Below, piece by piece: positions 1 to 10,843 of a DNA stretch of 64,000 nt. A model generated the notes under the pieces. That model did not search any database. It was not told the DNA's origin and was given only the letters and a program-made list of their open reading frames with translations. This DNA comes from an uncultured Actinomycetes bacterium (GTDB lineage Bacteria > Actinomycetota > Coriobacteriia > Anaerosomatales > CAVRZR01). Made by a program: the position numbers and the translations under genes. The stretch lies in contig CAWEJW010000003.1 of the NCBI GenBank assembly GCA_963809535.1, forward strand, positions 116,031-180,030, written 5' to 3'. How positions within the stretch are numbered: the first letter of the stretch is position 1; every line of letters starts with the position of its first letter.

Positions 1-437
1 AGAACCACGATGAGGCGCTCGGCAGCTTGGTGCTGTGCGGCCAGCGAGTTGAGTGTCCGCGCGATCACGTTGGAGGGCTCTCGGTAGTTCGGCACGAAGA
101 CGACGTGCCGGACAGCCGAGGGCTTCAGGCCGGTCGCAGGGCTGATGTCATCTTCGCCGGAGACCCATTCCATGCGCGTCCACTTGCGGATCTTGAGCTC
201 TCCGGCCAGGACCCCGATGAACATCAGCAACATCCTGGCGATGATGAACACCAGGAAGATCGTGACGACGACAAGCCACTGGCCCGGAAACAGGATCACG
301 CCGACGACTGTGCTCAAGAGGATCGTCCACGTGAGTACTCCCGGGACCGCGTTCGCCAGACGACGGCGAGCAGCGTCGTCACCAGACCAGACGTCAACTC
401 CTCCCACAGACACCTCCACACTGTGGCCTTCCTGCAT
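1..437 (-). CDS. Glycosyltransferase family 2-like membrane protein, N-terminal part (runs off the window start)
   Basis: Own minus-strand translation: MQEGHSVEV...TWTILLSTVVGVILFPGQWLVVVTIFLVFIIARMLLMFIG (TM helices), then SAVRHVVFVPNYREPSNVIARTLNSLAAQHQAAERLIVV, a typical GT2 start. ATG 437 follows GGGGAAG; alternative GTG at 407. Absent from the ORF track because no stop lies in the window. Confidence 0.6.
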   Translation of the reverse strand, partial: MQEGHSVEVSVGGVDVWSGDDAARRRLANAVPGVLTWTILLSTVVGVILFPGQWLVVVTIFLVFIIARMLLMFIGVLAGELKIRKWTRMEWVSGEDDISPATGLKPSAVRHVVFVPNYREPSNVIARTLNSLAAQHQAAERLIVV

Positions 438-482
438 TCTTCCCCAAGCAGGCGGCCGCGAGAAGATGTGAGTCCGAGTCTC

Positions 483-1844
<1,362 letters not shown>

Positions 1845-1927
1845 CTACCTCCCCAGAGGCGATGCGCTGCGCCCACGGGGTAGCTGGCGGGCGCCGCGGT
1901 AAGTATGCCTGACGGGGACAGTGAGCG

Positions 1928-2359
1928 CTACCGACGCGTGTCCCGGAGGAAATCACGAACCGCAGTGCGAGTTGCCTGCTCAATGCCCGCGCGGGTCCGC
2001 TGAGGCATCCGATTCCAGACGTCCGGATTGCGACGAAGCACGCCGAGACGGTACTTCAGGTGCGCCAAACCGAGGGAACCGTGTCCGATTCCGTCTTGTC
2101 GCGAGTGCAGAGCCCGTCCGAGCGCCGCCAGGGCCCCGTCATGATCGCCATGCGACTCGAGTCGCACGGCCTCCGTCATGTAACCGCGCGCGAAGGTGAG
2201 AGCCATGGGGTTGAAGTGCCGCCCCCAATGGCGCCTGCCCGGCCACTTGGCGTCGACCCCGACGTTTGCACGCCCGACCTGCTCGGCGTCTGTCCGGAGC
2301 ATGCCCTCTTCGATCGCCCACTGCACGGTCAGGCCGTAGTGGACCTGCGGTCCCGGCAC
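1928..2359 (-). CDS. Hypothetical protein (143 aa)
   Basis: GTG start at 2359 preceded by GAAGGAG. Coding-like codon usage. No family recognised by eye. Confidence 0.5.
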   Translation of the reverse strand: MPGPQVHYGLTVQWAIEEGMLRTDAEQVGRANVGVDAKWPGRRHWGRHFNPMALTFARGYMTEAVRLESHGDHDGALAALGRALHSRQDGIGHGSLGLAHLKYRLGVLRRNPDVWNRMPQRTRAGIEQATRTAVRDFLRDTRR

Positions 2360-2385
2360 GGGCGCGCTCCTTCAGGTCGCCGCTT

Positions 2386-2397
2386 CACGTCGACGTG
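2386..2397. promoter_or_regulatory. Perfect 12-bp palindrome CACGTCGACGTG in a divergent promoter region
   Basis: Read directly from the sequence. A further TCGACGTG copy lies at 2412-2419. Confidence 0.3.
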
Positions 2398-2466
2398 TCT
2401 ATCAGATTGACTCGACGTGAATGTACCCTGGTCGGCCTTGCGTTCACGCCGGGCATGGGTATGTTA

Positions 2467-2482
2467 GTGAGTGATAACTCAC
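2467..2482. promoter_or_regulatory. Inverted repeat GTGAG-TGATAA-CTCAC on the start of the efflux operon; candidate TetR operator
   Basis: 5-bp arms around an AT-rich centre. It overlaps GTG 2471 and precedes ATG 2483. TATGTT lies at 2460-2465. Confidence 0.3.
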
Positions 2483-3637
2483 ATGCGACGCCTGTGGTAC
2501 ATAGCACTTCTGCTCGTGGCCCTTCTAGTGAGTCTAGGCTGGGTTGCCTCCGTTCGCCTCGCGAGCGAGACCGACGTTCAGAACGGCGAGCTCGTGCTCG
2601 CAGCCACCGTTCGTCCGGACTCGGTGAGCGTTCTGGCTCCCGCACTTGCGACCTCCTCGACGGCGGGGGCGACCGGCGTCACGCTGACTGGTGCGGCTTC
2701 CTCCCCGGTCGTAGCAGGCATGCTCGCCTCTGTGGAGGTGTCCGCGGGAGCCGACGTGCAGGCCGGGCAGGTGATCGGCCGGCTGGATGACACCGCCCTG
2801 CGTCTGCAGCTGCAAGCTGCTCGCGCAGGTGCACGCGGAGCGCATGCGCGGGTCGACATAGTCGACGCGAACCTCGACGCGCTCGACGACAATGCGGCCA
2901 CCCTGGCGGACGCCCGAGTCAAGCTCGACGAAACGCTCGCAAACCTGCGCCCTTCTCGCGCCGAAGTCTCCAGCAACCTCGTCAAGGCGCGCGCCGCTGT
3001 CGCCTCTCTGCCGCCGACGCTGCCTCCCATGCTGCCGCCGGGGATGACCGACCCGCGCGTACTCGTCGCCAAGCTGGAGGCGGCGCTGGCCAAGATCGAT
3101 TCCGGGCTCTTGCGGGCGACCACCGCCCGAGCGAGACTCGACTCGAGCGAGGCAAAGATCGCAGATGCGCGTGCGCAGCTGCGGGATGCGCGCAAGCTGA
3201 CCCTCCTCGCAGCAAACGCTGCGGACGCCGGCGTCGACGTGGCCGAAGCGCGCTTGGCTCTGGCGGTGGTCCGCGCGCCCTACACCGGCACCGTCACCTG
3301 GGTGGCCGAACGCGGCAGCGTTCTGTTCGCGGGCGGACCCGTGGCTCGCCTTGCTCCGGCAGGCCCGCTGCTGCTCGACACCTACCTCGACACCGCCGAA
3401 GCGGCGCTCGTCGATGTGGGCTCGAGAGCGCGCGCGAGCTCGGACAGCTTCCCGGGTCGCGCATATCCCGGGCACGTCTCGGCAATCCTCCCGATCTATG
3501 AGTACCCGCCGACAGCGCTGCCCACTCGGCTCATCCACATGACGCGCGCGTTCCGAGTGACCGTGACGCTCGATGACACGGCCGCTCCACTTCCCGCGGG
3601 CACGCCAGCCGACCTGACCATCTCTGTGAGGAGCTAG
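2471..3637 (+). CDS. HlyD-family membrane fusion / periplasmic adaptor protein (1 of 2)
   Basis: N-terminal TM helix, long Ala/Leu-rich coiled-coil region, and VRAPYTGTVTWV beta-barrel motif typical of HlyD/MFP proteins. Alternative start ATG 2483. Confidence 0.8.
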   Translation: MITHMRRLWYIALLLVALLVSLGWVASVRLASETDVQNGELVLAATVRPDSVSVLAPALATSSTAGATGVTLTGAASSPVVAGMLASVEVSAGADVQAGQVIGRLDDTALRLQLQAARAGARGAHARVDIVDANLDALDDNAATLADARVKLDETLANLRPSRAEVSSNLVKARAAVASLPPTLPPMLPPGMTDPRVLVAKLEAALAKIDSGLLRATTARARLDSSEAKIADARAQLRDARKLTLLAANAADAGVDVAEARLALAVVRAPYTGTVTWVAERGSVLFAGGPVARLAPAGPLLLDTYLDTAEAALVDVGSRARASSDSFPGRAYPGHVSAILPIYEYPPTALPTRLIHMTRAFRVTVTLDDTAAPLPAGTPADLTISVRS

Positions 3638-3643
3638 AGCGAG

Positions 3644-4411
3644 ATGAAGAAGCGCATCGTGATCATGGTCGTCGTCCTGCTGGCAGCGGGCGCCGTCGTG
3701 GCATGGATCCTCTGGCCGCGAAGTACGACGAGCACATCCGGTCTTGCCGGATCGGGGACGATCGAGGCGTCAGAGGTCTCCGTGGCGCCGCTGGTCTCGG
3801 GCAGGATCCTCGACGCCCCTGTCGCCGAGGGCTCGTCCGTAAAGAAGGGCGACGTGCTCTTCCGGATCGACGGCTCTGTGCTGAAGCTTCAGGTAGCTCA
3901 GGCGCAAGCCGCGGTCCGCTCCGCGAAGGCCGCGCGCGACCAGGCGCGCGATGACGAGAAGTCCGACGCCGAGATCGCGTCCGCCCAGGCCCAGCTCGAC
4001 CAGGCGACCGCCGCGCTCAAGCTTACTCAGCTCCAACTCTCCTACTGCACGGTGACGTCGCCAGCGGACGGCGTCCTGCTGTCCAAGGCTCTCGACGCCG
4101 GCGAGATCGCTTCGCCGGGTCGTACTCTGGGGACGGTGGGCCGCCTCAACGACCTGACGGTCACGGTCTACGTCCCCGAGAGCGAGATCGGGAAGGTCAA
4201 AGTCGGCCAGGCGGCATCGCTCAAGACCGACTCGTCTTCGTCGACCTTCGACTGCAAGGTCATCTCGGTAGCGAGCGAGGCCGAGTTCACACCCGCTCAG
4301 GTCGAAACGAAAGACCAGCGAGTGAAACTCGTGTTCGCGGTCAAGCTCTCGGTCGGAGACAAGACCGGCACGCTCAAGCCCGGTATGCCCGCCGACGTGA
4401 CGTTCGAGTAG
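3644..4411 (+). CDS. HlyD-family membrane fusion / periplasmic adaptor protein (2 of 2)
   Basis: MKKRIVIMVVVLLAAG signal/TM; IEASEVSVAPLVSGRI...GDVLFRID lipoyl-like motif; coiled coil; YCTVTSPADGVLL. Confidence 0.85.
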   Translation: MKKRIVIMVVVLLAAGAVVAWILWPRSTTSTSGLAGSGTIEASEVSVAPLVSGRILDAPVAEGSSVKKGDVLFRIDGSVLKLQVAQAQAAVRSAKAARDQARDDEKSDAEIASAQAQLDQATAALKLTQLQLSYCTVTSPADGVLLSKALDAGEIASPGRTLGTVGRLNDLTVTVYVPESEIGKVKVGQAASLKTDSSSSTFDCKVISVASEAEFTPAQVETKDQRVKLVFAVKLSVGDKTGTLKPGMPADVTFE

Positions 4412-4416
4412 CACAC

Positions 4417-5415
4417 GTGGGTTCCACCGACACAGCGACCTCGTCCACCGCGGCGATCTCATCTGACGCTACAGCGATCTCCGCGCGCGAGCTCGTGCGC
4501 GTCTTCGGACGTCGCGGACGCACGGTGACAGCGGTAGCAGGTGTGACGCTCGACGTCGCACGCGGCGAGATCTTCGGACTGCTCGGCCCTGACGGCGCGG
4601 GCAAATCGACTCTCATCCGCGTACTCGCGACGGTGCTCGCCCCGACTTCCGGCGACGCGACGGTGTTCGGTGCTTCGGTCATGCACGAGCCGGAAGCGGT
4701 GAAGCCCCACATCGGCTACATGAGCCAGTCATTCTCGCTCTACCCCGACCTCACGGTGGCTGAGAACCTGGACTTCTTCGCGGAGCTGCGTGGCGTGCCT
4801 CGCAAGGAGAAGGCCGCGCGCGCCGAGCGATTGCTCGCCTTCGCGGACCTCTCGGGGTTCAAGTCGCGGCAGGCGCGCAATCTGTCAGGGGGCATGAAGC
4901 AAAAGCTCGCGCTATCCGCGACGCTCATCCACGAGCCGGATCTCATCTTCCTCGACGAGCCGACGACCGGCGTCGATCCGGTCTCTCGCCGTGAGTTCTG
5001 GCGAATCATCGCCGACTTGCACCAACGCGGTGTGACGGTGTTCGTCGCCACCCCGTATATGGACGAGGCCGAACGCTGCAGCCGTGTGGCATTCATGCGC
5101 AATGGCCTGCTCGAAGTCGTCGACACCCCGACAGCGGTGAAGGCACGGCTGCCCGGCACGCTCTATGAAGTGATGGCGCCTGCACAACATGAAGCGATGG
5201 CGGTTCTGCGGGGACTGCCGGGGGTGCGCTCGGTCTCTGCGCACGGTGACGAGCTTCGGGTGCTCACGATCCCTGGCGGGCCCGATGGGATTGCGCTCAC
5301 GCAGGCACTGTCGGACGCAGGGCTCGCGCAGACGCGCATCGCGTCTGTGCGCGCTGACATGGAGGCAACGTTCGCGTTCCTAGCCGAGGAACCGGCGGGC
5401 GGTGACGCGTCGTGA
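4417..5415 (+). CDS. ABC transporter ATP-binding protein
   Basis: Walker A GLLGPDGAGKST, signature LSGGMKQKL, Walker B LIFLDEPT. Confidence 0.9.
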   Translation: MGSTDTATSSTAAISSDATAISARELVRVFGRRGRTVTAVAGVTLDVARGEIFGLLGPDGAGKSTLIRVLATVLAPTSGDATVFGASVMHEPEAVKPHIGYMSQSFSLYPDLTVAENLDFFAELRGVPRKEKAARAERLLAFADLSGFKSRQARNLSGGMKQKLALSATLIHEPDLIFLDEPTTGVDPVSRREFWRIIADLHQRGVTVFVATPYMDEAERCSRVAFMRNGLLEVVDTPTAVKARLPGTLYEVMAPAQHEAMAVLRGLPGVRSVSAHGDELRVLTIPGGPDGIALTQALSDAGLAQTRIASVRADMEATFAFLAEEPAGGDAS

Positions 5416-6551
5416 ACGCGCTTCGCCGCATCGTCGCTGTCGCACGAAAGGAGTTCATTCACATCTCACGTGACTGGCGCATCCTCGTTTCGGTGCTGCT
5501 CCTGCCCGTCACGCAACTGCTTCTCTTCAGCTACGCGATCAGCTTCGACGTCAGGAACGTGCCGACGGTCATCCTGGATCAGGACCAGACCGCCACGAGT
5601 CGCGAGTTCCTCTCCCACTTCCAGCAGTCCGACTTCTTCCGCGTTGTGGCGCATGTTGGAAGCGACGCGGAGGCCGACGGGTACGTGGCCCGCTCCCAGG
5701 CCCGCGCGGTCGTCGTCGTGCCGCCGGGCTTTGGGCGTCAGGTCGCGCGCGACGGCAATCCCTCGATGCAGGTTCTCGTCGACGGCAGCGAGCCGAACTC
5801 GGCCCAGCTGGCGCAGACCTACGCGGCGGCACTCACGAGCATGCTGTCGCAGCGAGTGACGGTGGCGTGGGCGCAGAATCGAGGACTCGACATGTCTTCG
5901 GCGGGGCAGCTTCAGCCTGAGATACGCACCTGGTACAACCCCGAGAGACGCAGCGCCGACTTCCTCATCCCGGGCCTCATGGTCGTCATCATCATGATCG
6001 TCACCATCCAGCAGACCGCGGTGACTCTGGTGCGCGAGAAGGATCAGGGCACCTTCGAGCAGTTGCTTGTCTCGCCCATCCGGCGGGGCGAGCTCATGGT
6101 CGGCAAGCTCGCACCCTGGCTAGCGCTCGGACTCATCGACGTCGTCGTGATCACGCTCGTCGGCGTGCTCGTCTTCGGCATCCCGTTCCGCGGCCCCGTT
6201 CTCACGCTCGCCCTTGCGTCGTTCGCGTTCATTCTCTGTTGTCTGTCGATAGGACTCATCATCTCGTCGCGCGCGCCATCGCTTGAGACCGCGAACTTCC
6301 TTGGGCTGATGATCGCGTTCCTGCCAGGTTTCATGCTCTCGGGATTCGCGTTCCCCCTGAACAGCATCCCGAAGCTCCTGCAGTGGTTGAGCTACGTCTT
6401 CCCCGCCCGATACATGACGACGATCGCGCGCGCGGTCTTCCTGAAGGGCGCGGGTACAGCACTGCTTGCGTCTCAGATTGCGGCGCTTGTTCTCTACGCG
6501 ATCATCGGTATCGTCGTCGCGTCGCTTCTGTGGTCGAGGAGGATCGAGTAG
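5412..6551 (+). CDS. ABC-2 type transporter permease
   Basis: One N-terminal TM, a large extracytoplasmic loop, then five or more C-terminal TMs (YbhS/YbhR-like). Start overlaps the upstream stop (GTGA). Confidence 0.85.
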   Translation: MNALRRIVAVARKEFIHISRDWRILVSVLLLPVTQLLLFSYAISFDVRNVPTVILDQDQTATSREFLSHFQQSDFFRVVAHVGSDAEADGYVARSQARAVVVVPPGFGRQVARDGNPSMQVLVDGSEPNSAQLAQTYAAALTSMLSQRVTVAWAQNRGLDMSSAGQLQPEIRTWYNPERRSADFLIPGLMVVIIMIVTIQQTAVTLVREKDQGTFEQLLVSPIRRGELMVGKLAPWLALGLIDVVVITLVGVLVFGIPFRGPVLTLALASFAFILCCLSIGLIISSRAPSLETANFLGLMIAFLPGFMLSGFAFPLNSIPKLLQWLSYVFPARYMTTIARAVFLKGAGTALLASQIAALVLYAIIGIVVASLLWSRRIE

Positions 6552-7670
6552 ATGAGCGCGAAACGCATCGGCCTCCTCATATGGAAGGAGTTCACGCAGT
6601 TCAAGCGTGACCCGCTACTCTTGAGGCTCGTCATCATCATGCCGCTGCTTCAGCTCATCATGTTCGGCTACGTGGTCGGCGCAGACGTTCGGAACATCCC
6701 CAGCGCGATCGTCGATGCGGACAAGACGCCCGTCTCGCGCCAGGTTGCCTCGGCCTTCACCTCGAGCGGCTACTTCGCGGTCGTTGAGACGCCCTCGGAC
6801 GAACGAGCGATCCAGTCACTGCTCGACCAGAGCCGCATCCAGGCAGCGATCCTGCTGCCGCAGGGACTCGAGGCGGACCTGATGCGCGGCGGAAACGTGC
6901 CGATCGAGGTGGTCGTCGACGGGTCCGACAGCAAGACGGCGTCAGTCGCCTCCGGGTACGCCGCGCAGATCGTCGGCGCCTTCAACCGCGAACGCATCGA
7001 TGCGCTCGGAGTGACGGGCGCGCCTGGCATCGACGCTCGCGTGCGTGTGCTGTTCAACCCGTCACTGCGCGCAGTGAACGCGATGATTCCCGGGCTCGTC
7101 GCGATGATCATGATGCTGTCGATGACGACGGTTATGAGCCAGGCGGTCGTGAAGGAGCGCGAGCGCGGCACACTCGAGCAGATGTTCGTCACGCCGATCA
7201 CGCGCGGCGAGTACCTCGTCGGAAAGATCACGCCGTACGTCCTCATCTCGGTGGTCCAGGTCGCCCTCATCATGGTCGCGGGCCGCTATTGGTTCGACGT
7301 GCCCTTCAATGGGAGCTATCTCGTAGTGGGCGTGGGGATGCTCCTATTCCTGATCACCTGTCTCGGCCAGGGGCTGTTCGTCTCGACGGTCTCGCACACG
7401 CGGCAGCAGGCTCAGCAGGCAACGATGTTCATCCTCATCCCAACAATGGTGCTCTCGGGCTTCATATTCCCGATCGAGTCGATGCCCCCGGCGATCGTGC
7501 CTATCACGTACCTCGTGCCGATGCGCTACGTGCTCGTGGTGCTGCGGTCGAACTGGATGAAGGGTTCCGGATTCGAGGCGCTGTGGCCGCAGCTCGCAGC
7601 GATGGCTGTCTTCTCGACGGCACTCTTCTTCGGGGCGCTGTCGCGGTTCCGCAAGAGGCTGGCTGACTAG
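6552..7670 (+). CDS. ABC-2 type transporter permease
   Basis: Paralogue of the preceding permease with the same architecture. ATG directly follows the upstream TAG. Confidence 0.85.
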   Translation: MSAKRIGLLIWKEFTQFKRDPLLLRLVIIMPLLQLIMFGYVVGADVRNIPSAIVDADKTPVSRQVASAFTSSGYFAVVETPSDERAIQSLLDQSRIQAAILLPQGLEADLMRGGNVPIEVVVDGSDSKTASVASGYAAQIVGAFNRERIDALGVTGAPGIDARVRVLFNPSLRAVNAMIPGLVAMIMMLSMTTVMSQAVVKERERGTLEQMFVTPITRGEYLVGKITPYVLISVVQVALIMVAGRYWFDVPFNGSYLVVGVGMLLFLITCLGQGLFVSTVSHTRQQAQQATMFILIPTMVLSGFIFPIESMPPAIVPITYLVPMRYVLVVLRSNWMKGSGFEALWPQLAAMAVFSTALFFGALSRFRKRLAD

Positions 7671-8624
7671 GTGAGCGGGCAGATGGCTACTCCTTCGGCG
7701 ATCGAGGTGCGCGAACTCACCAAACGCTTCGGCGACTTCACGGCGGTCGACGCGATCTCCTTCGAGGTTCCGCGAGGCGAGATCTTCGGCTTCCTCGGCC
7801 CGAACGGTTCGGGAAAGACGACCACGATACGGATGCTCTGCGGCACGATCGAGCCAAGCGCGGGCACCGCGACCGTGCTCGGGCACGACGTCGCTACGGA
7901 TCCCGAGTCCGTTAGGCGCTCCATCGGGTACATGTCGCAGAAGTTCGCGCTCTTCGAGGACATGACCGTCGAGGAGAACCTGCGCTTCTACGCGGGCGTG
8001 TACGGCATCGAGGGGGAAAGCTTCTCGGACCGTCGGCGCTACGTGCTCGAGATGGCGGACCTCCTCGGGCGCGAGCGAGAGCTTACGGCAAACCTCTCCG
8101 TGGGCTGGAAGCAGAGACTGGCTCTCGGCTGCGCAACGATTCACGAGCCAAAGCTGCTCTTCTTGGACGAACCGACCTCTGGAGTCGATCCCACGGCCCG
8201 TCAGCAGTTCTGGGAGCTCCTCAACGATCTCGCCCAATCCGGAGTGACGCTCTTCGTGACGACCCACTACATGGACGAGGCGACCCACTGCAATCGCCTG
8301 GCCTTCATCTACGCCGGCCGCCTTATCGCCATCGGCTCGCCCACCGAGATCCGCGAAGAGCGGATGAAGGATCGGATCCTTGAGGTCGAGGTGGGAGACA
8401 TCGAAGGCGCCCTGGCCTGGCTGGGCGAGCGTCACGACGTACGTGAAGCGTATCTCTCGGGAGCCTTCTTGCACGTCAACGTGGGCGAGAACCCCGACCC
8501 CTGCGCGCTCGCCGATGTCATGCGCGACAACGGGTTCTCTGTCGGACGGTGTGAGCGTGTCGAGCCGACGATCGAGGACGTGTTCGTGCACCTTGTGACC
8601 GAACAGCGCGAAGGGAGCGCGTGA
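7671..8624 (+). CDS. ABC transporter ATP-binding protein
   Basis: Walker A GFLGPNGSGKTT, signature LSVGWKQRL, Walker B LLFLDEPT. Alternative start ATG 7683. Confidence 0.9.
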   Translation: MSGQMATPSAIEVRELTKRFGDFTAVDAISFEVPRGEIFGFLGPNGSGKTTTIRMLCGTIEPSAGTATVLGHDVATDPESVRRSIGYMSQKFALFEDMTVEENLRFYAGVYGIEGESFSDRRRYVLEMADLLGRERELTANLSVGWKQRLALGCATIHEPKLLFLDEPTSGVDPTARQQFWELLNDLAQSGVTLFVTTHYMDEATHCNRLAFIYAGRLIAIGSPTEIREERMKDRILEVEVGDIEGALAWLGERHDVREAYLSGAFLHVNVGENPDPCALADVMRDNGFSVGRCERVEPTIEDVFVHLVTEQREGSA

Positions 8625-9307
8625 TGTCGAAGGCGACAGACAGCATGCGGGGTACTGAGCCAGACGCGGCAGCCACATCGATCGAATCCCACGCATTCGC
8701 CGACTCTATCGAATCGATCGAATCGCTCGAACCTGGCAGGCGCGGCGAGATTCTGGACGCGGCGCTCGCGGTCTTCGCCGAGAAGGGCTACTCGGGGGGT
8801 TCGATGCGCGACATCGCGACCCGCGTCGGCGTCAGCGAGCCGGCGCTCTATCGATACTTCGCCGGAAAGGAGGCCCTGTTCCTTGCGCTCGTGCGCGTGA
8901 TCGCGACTCATCTGCGCAACGAGGCCATCGACATCTTGAGAGCGGTCCAGCCCGAGTCTCTCCGCGTTCAGGTCGCCGCTGCCCTTGAGAACCGCCGGAA
9001 ACGCATAACCCTCGCCGTCCCGATGTTACGCACGATCCTTCCGGCCGCCGCGCACCACCCGGCTGTGCTAGCCGAGATCCGCACCGTCGTGCTCGAGCCG
9101 ATGCTGGGCGAGCTGGACACGAAGATCGCCGAACTCGATGCAGCCTTCGGCCTGGAACCCGACTCTGCGTCGCGTCGCACCCGCGTGCGCACGTTCATGG
9201 CGCTGTTCGTGGGCTCACTAGCTACCTCGGTGGTATTGGGCGACGAGCCCGACGAGGCCACCGTCGACGCGATCGTGCGCGTCATGGGCTGGGAGGGGCG
9301 GGTCTAG
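8621..9307 (+). CDS. TetR/AcrR family transcriptional regulator
   Basis: ILDAALAVFAEKGYSGGSMRDIATRVGVSEPALYRYFAGKEALF is a canonical TetR N-terminal HTH. Start overlaps the upstream TGA. Confidence 0.85.
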   Translation: MMSKATDSMRGTEPDAAATSIESHAFADSIESIESLEPGRRGEILDAALAVFAEKGYSGGSMRDIATRVGVSEPALYRYFAGKEALFLALVRVIATHLRNEAIDILRAVQPESLRVQVAAALENRRKRITLAVPMLRTILPAAAHHPAVLAEIRTVVLEPMLGELDTKIAELDAAFGLEPDSASRRTRVRTFMALFVGSLATSVVLGDEPDEATVDAIVRVMGWEGRV

Positions 9308-10680
9308 AGCGTGGCGGCCACGCTACGGGCCGCGACGATCCCGCTCGCGCTCGACTGCACGAGCCCGCGTGTGACACCCGCCCCGTCGCCGATAGCCCAC
9401 AACCCGGCGACGGGCGTCTGAAGCTCCGCGTCAACCTCGAGGCGCGAGGAGTAGAACTTCACCTCCACGCCGTAGAGCAGAGTCTCAGGCCCGGCGATAC
9501 CCGGCGCCAAAGCCTCCATCGCGTCGATGAACTCGATGACGTCCGTCAGATGCCGGTACGGCAAGACCGCGGCGAGATCACCCGGCGTCGCATACGGCAT
9601 CGTAGGCCGACCAGCCATATCGGCTATGCGCGTTGGGGTCGAGCGGCGGCCGGCCTTCAGATCGCACAGTCGCTGCATGAGGATGCCATCGCCGAGCAGG
9701 TTCGCCAGGTGCGCGATCTCACGGCCGTACGTGATCGGCTCCCGGAAGGGTTCTGTGAACGCCTGGCTGACGAGCACCGCAAAATTGGTGTACGCGGTCC
9801 TCTCCTCGGCGTACGAGTGACCGTTCACCGTCACGACGTCGCCGTACGACTCCGTCGTCACTTCGCCGTAGGGGTTCATGCAGAACGTCCGCACCGCGTC
9901 CCCGAACGTCGGCGAGCGGTACAGCAGCTTGGCTTCGTAGAGCGCCATCGTGAGCGGTTCCATCACCTCGGCGGGACACTCCACCCGCACGCCGATGTCC
10001 ACGGCGTTGCTCTTGAGAGGGACCTCGAGAACGCCGGCTTGGGCAGCGAGCCATTCGGCACCCTCGCGGCCGGGAGCAGCAATGACCGCATCCGCGGTGA
10101 CGATGCTTCCATCTGCCAGCTCGACGCCGGTCGCGCGACCTCCGCTCGCCAGGATGCGCATCACGTGGCAATCGGTGCGCACGTCGACCCCGACGCTAAC
10201 GAGGTAGTCGTGCATGGCGCCGAGCACCATGGGCGAGTGGTCCGTGCCCAGGTGGCGAATGCGCATCGGGACAAGGGTCATCCCCGCGTCCGCGGCCTTC
10301 TTCTCGAGAAGCTCGGCCTCGGGCGGTTCTGGCCCGTAGACCTTCGTGTCGGCTCCGAATTCGAGCCAGAGCCCGTCCGCGTAATCGATGAGCCGCTCGA
10401 GCTCGTCGCGCCCTACGCAGTCCGCGAGCCATCCGCCGACGTCAGCCGACAGCGTGAGCTTGCCGTCCGAGAAGGCGCCAGCGCCGCCCCAGCCGGTCAT
10501 GATGTCGCACTGTCTGCATCCGACGCAGTGGGTCTCTCGCGCGGGGCAGCTACGACGGTTGAGCGCATGGCCCTTCTCGGCCAAGAGCACCGGTCCGATG
10601 CCCGCGCGGACGAGCTCGATGGCTGCGAAGATGCCGGCCGGGCCGGCCCCGATGATGATGGCGCGGTGATGATCTGGCAC
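9304..10680 (-). CDS. FAD-dependent oxidoreductase (uncharacterised NAD(FAD)-utilising dehydrogenase type)
   Basis: HRAIIIGAGPAGIFAAIEL dinucleotide-binding motif at the N-terminus and a C-terminal GDGAGVTRG motif. I prefer GTG 10680 (GAAGGAG 5 nt upstream) over the ORF-track start 10716. Confidence 0.75.
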   Translation of the reverse strand: MPDHHRAIIIGAGPAGIFAAIELVRAGIGPVLLAEKGHALNRRSCPARETHCVGCRQCDIMTGWGGAGAFSDGKLTLSADVGGWLADCVGRDELERLIDYADGLWLEFGADTKVYGPEPPEAELLEKKAADAGMTLVPMRIRHLGTDHSPMVLGAMHDYLVSVGVDVRTDCHVMRILASGGRATGVELADGSIVTADAVIAAPGREGAEWLAAQAGVLEVPLKSNAVDIGVRVECPAEVMEPLTMALYEAKLLYRSPTFGDAVRTFCMNPYGEVTTESYGDVVTVNGHSYAEERTAYTNFAVLVSQAFTEPFREPITYGREIAHLANLLGDGILMQRLCDLKAGRRSTPTRIADMAGRPTMPYATPGDLAAVLPYRHLTDVIEFIDAMEALAPGIAGPETLLYGVEVKFYSSRLEVDAELQTPVAGLWAIGDGAGVTRGLVQSSASGIVAARSVAATL

Positions 10681-10843
10681 ACGCGCTCCTTCCGAGGGTA
10701 CCAAGCGGACGCGCATAACCGCACAATCCGCGATCGCCTCGCCCCAATCCTACGCGCGACGGGCCGGTTTCGGGTAATCGAAAGCGTATGATTACGTGAG
10801 CGAACATGCACGTGAGCAGGGAGAACTCCCGGGGGAGTGCATC

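Noticed and set aside
7175-7188. LexA-box-like CGAGCAGATGTTCG.
   Set aside because: It has one mismatch in the critical CGAAC half and lies deep inside the ABC-2 permease coding sequence with no promoter context.
8677-8733. Short tandem repeat ATCGAATCG x2 (plus related copies) encoding SIESHAFADSIESIESLE in the TetR N-terminal extension.
   Set aside because: Only two to three imperfect units, in frame, in a dispensable leader region. No evidence for phase variation.
9304-9307. Convergent genes sharing overlapping stop codons in a CTAG palindrome (TetR/FAD enzyme at 9304-9307; HK/ddl at 41243-41246).
   Set aside because: Curious, but explained by compact genome packing. TAG reads as a stop on both strands within CTAG, and there is no evidence of function.
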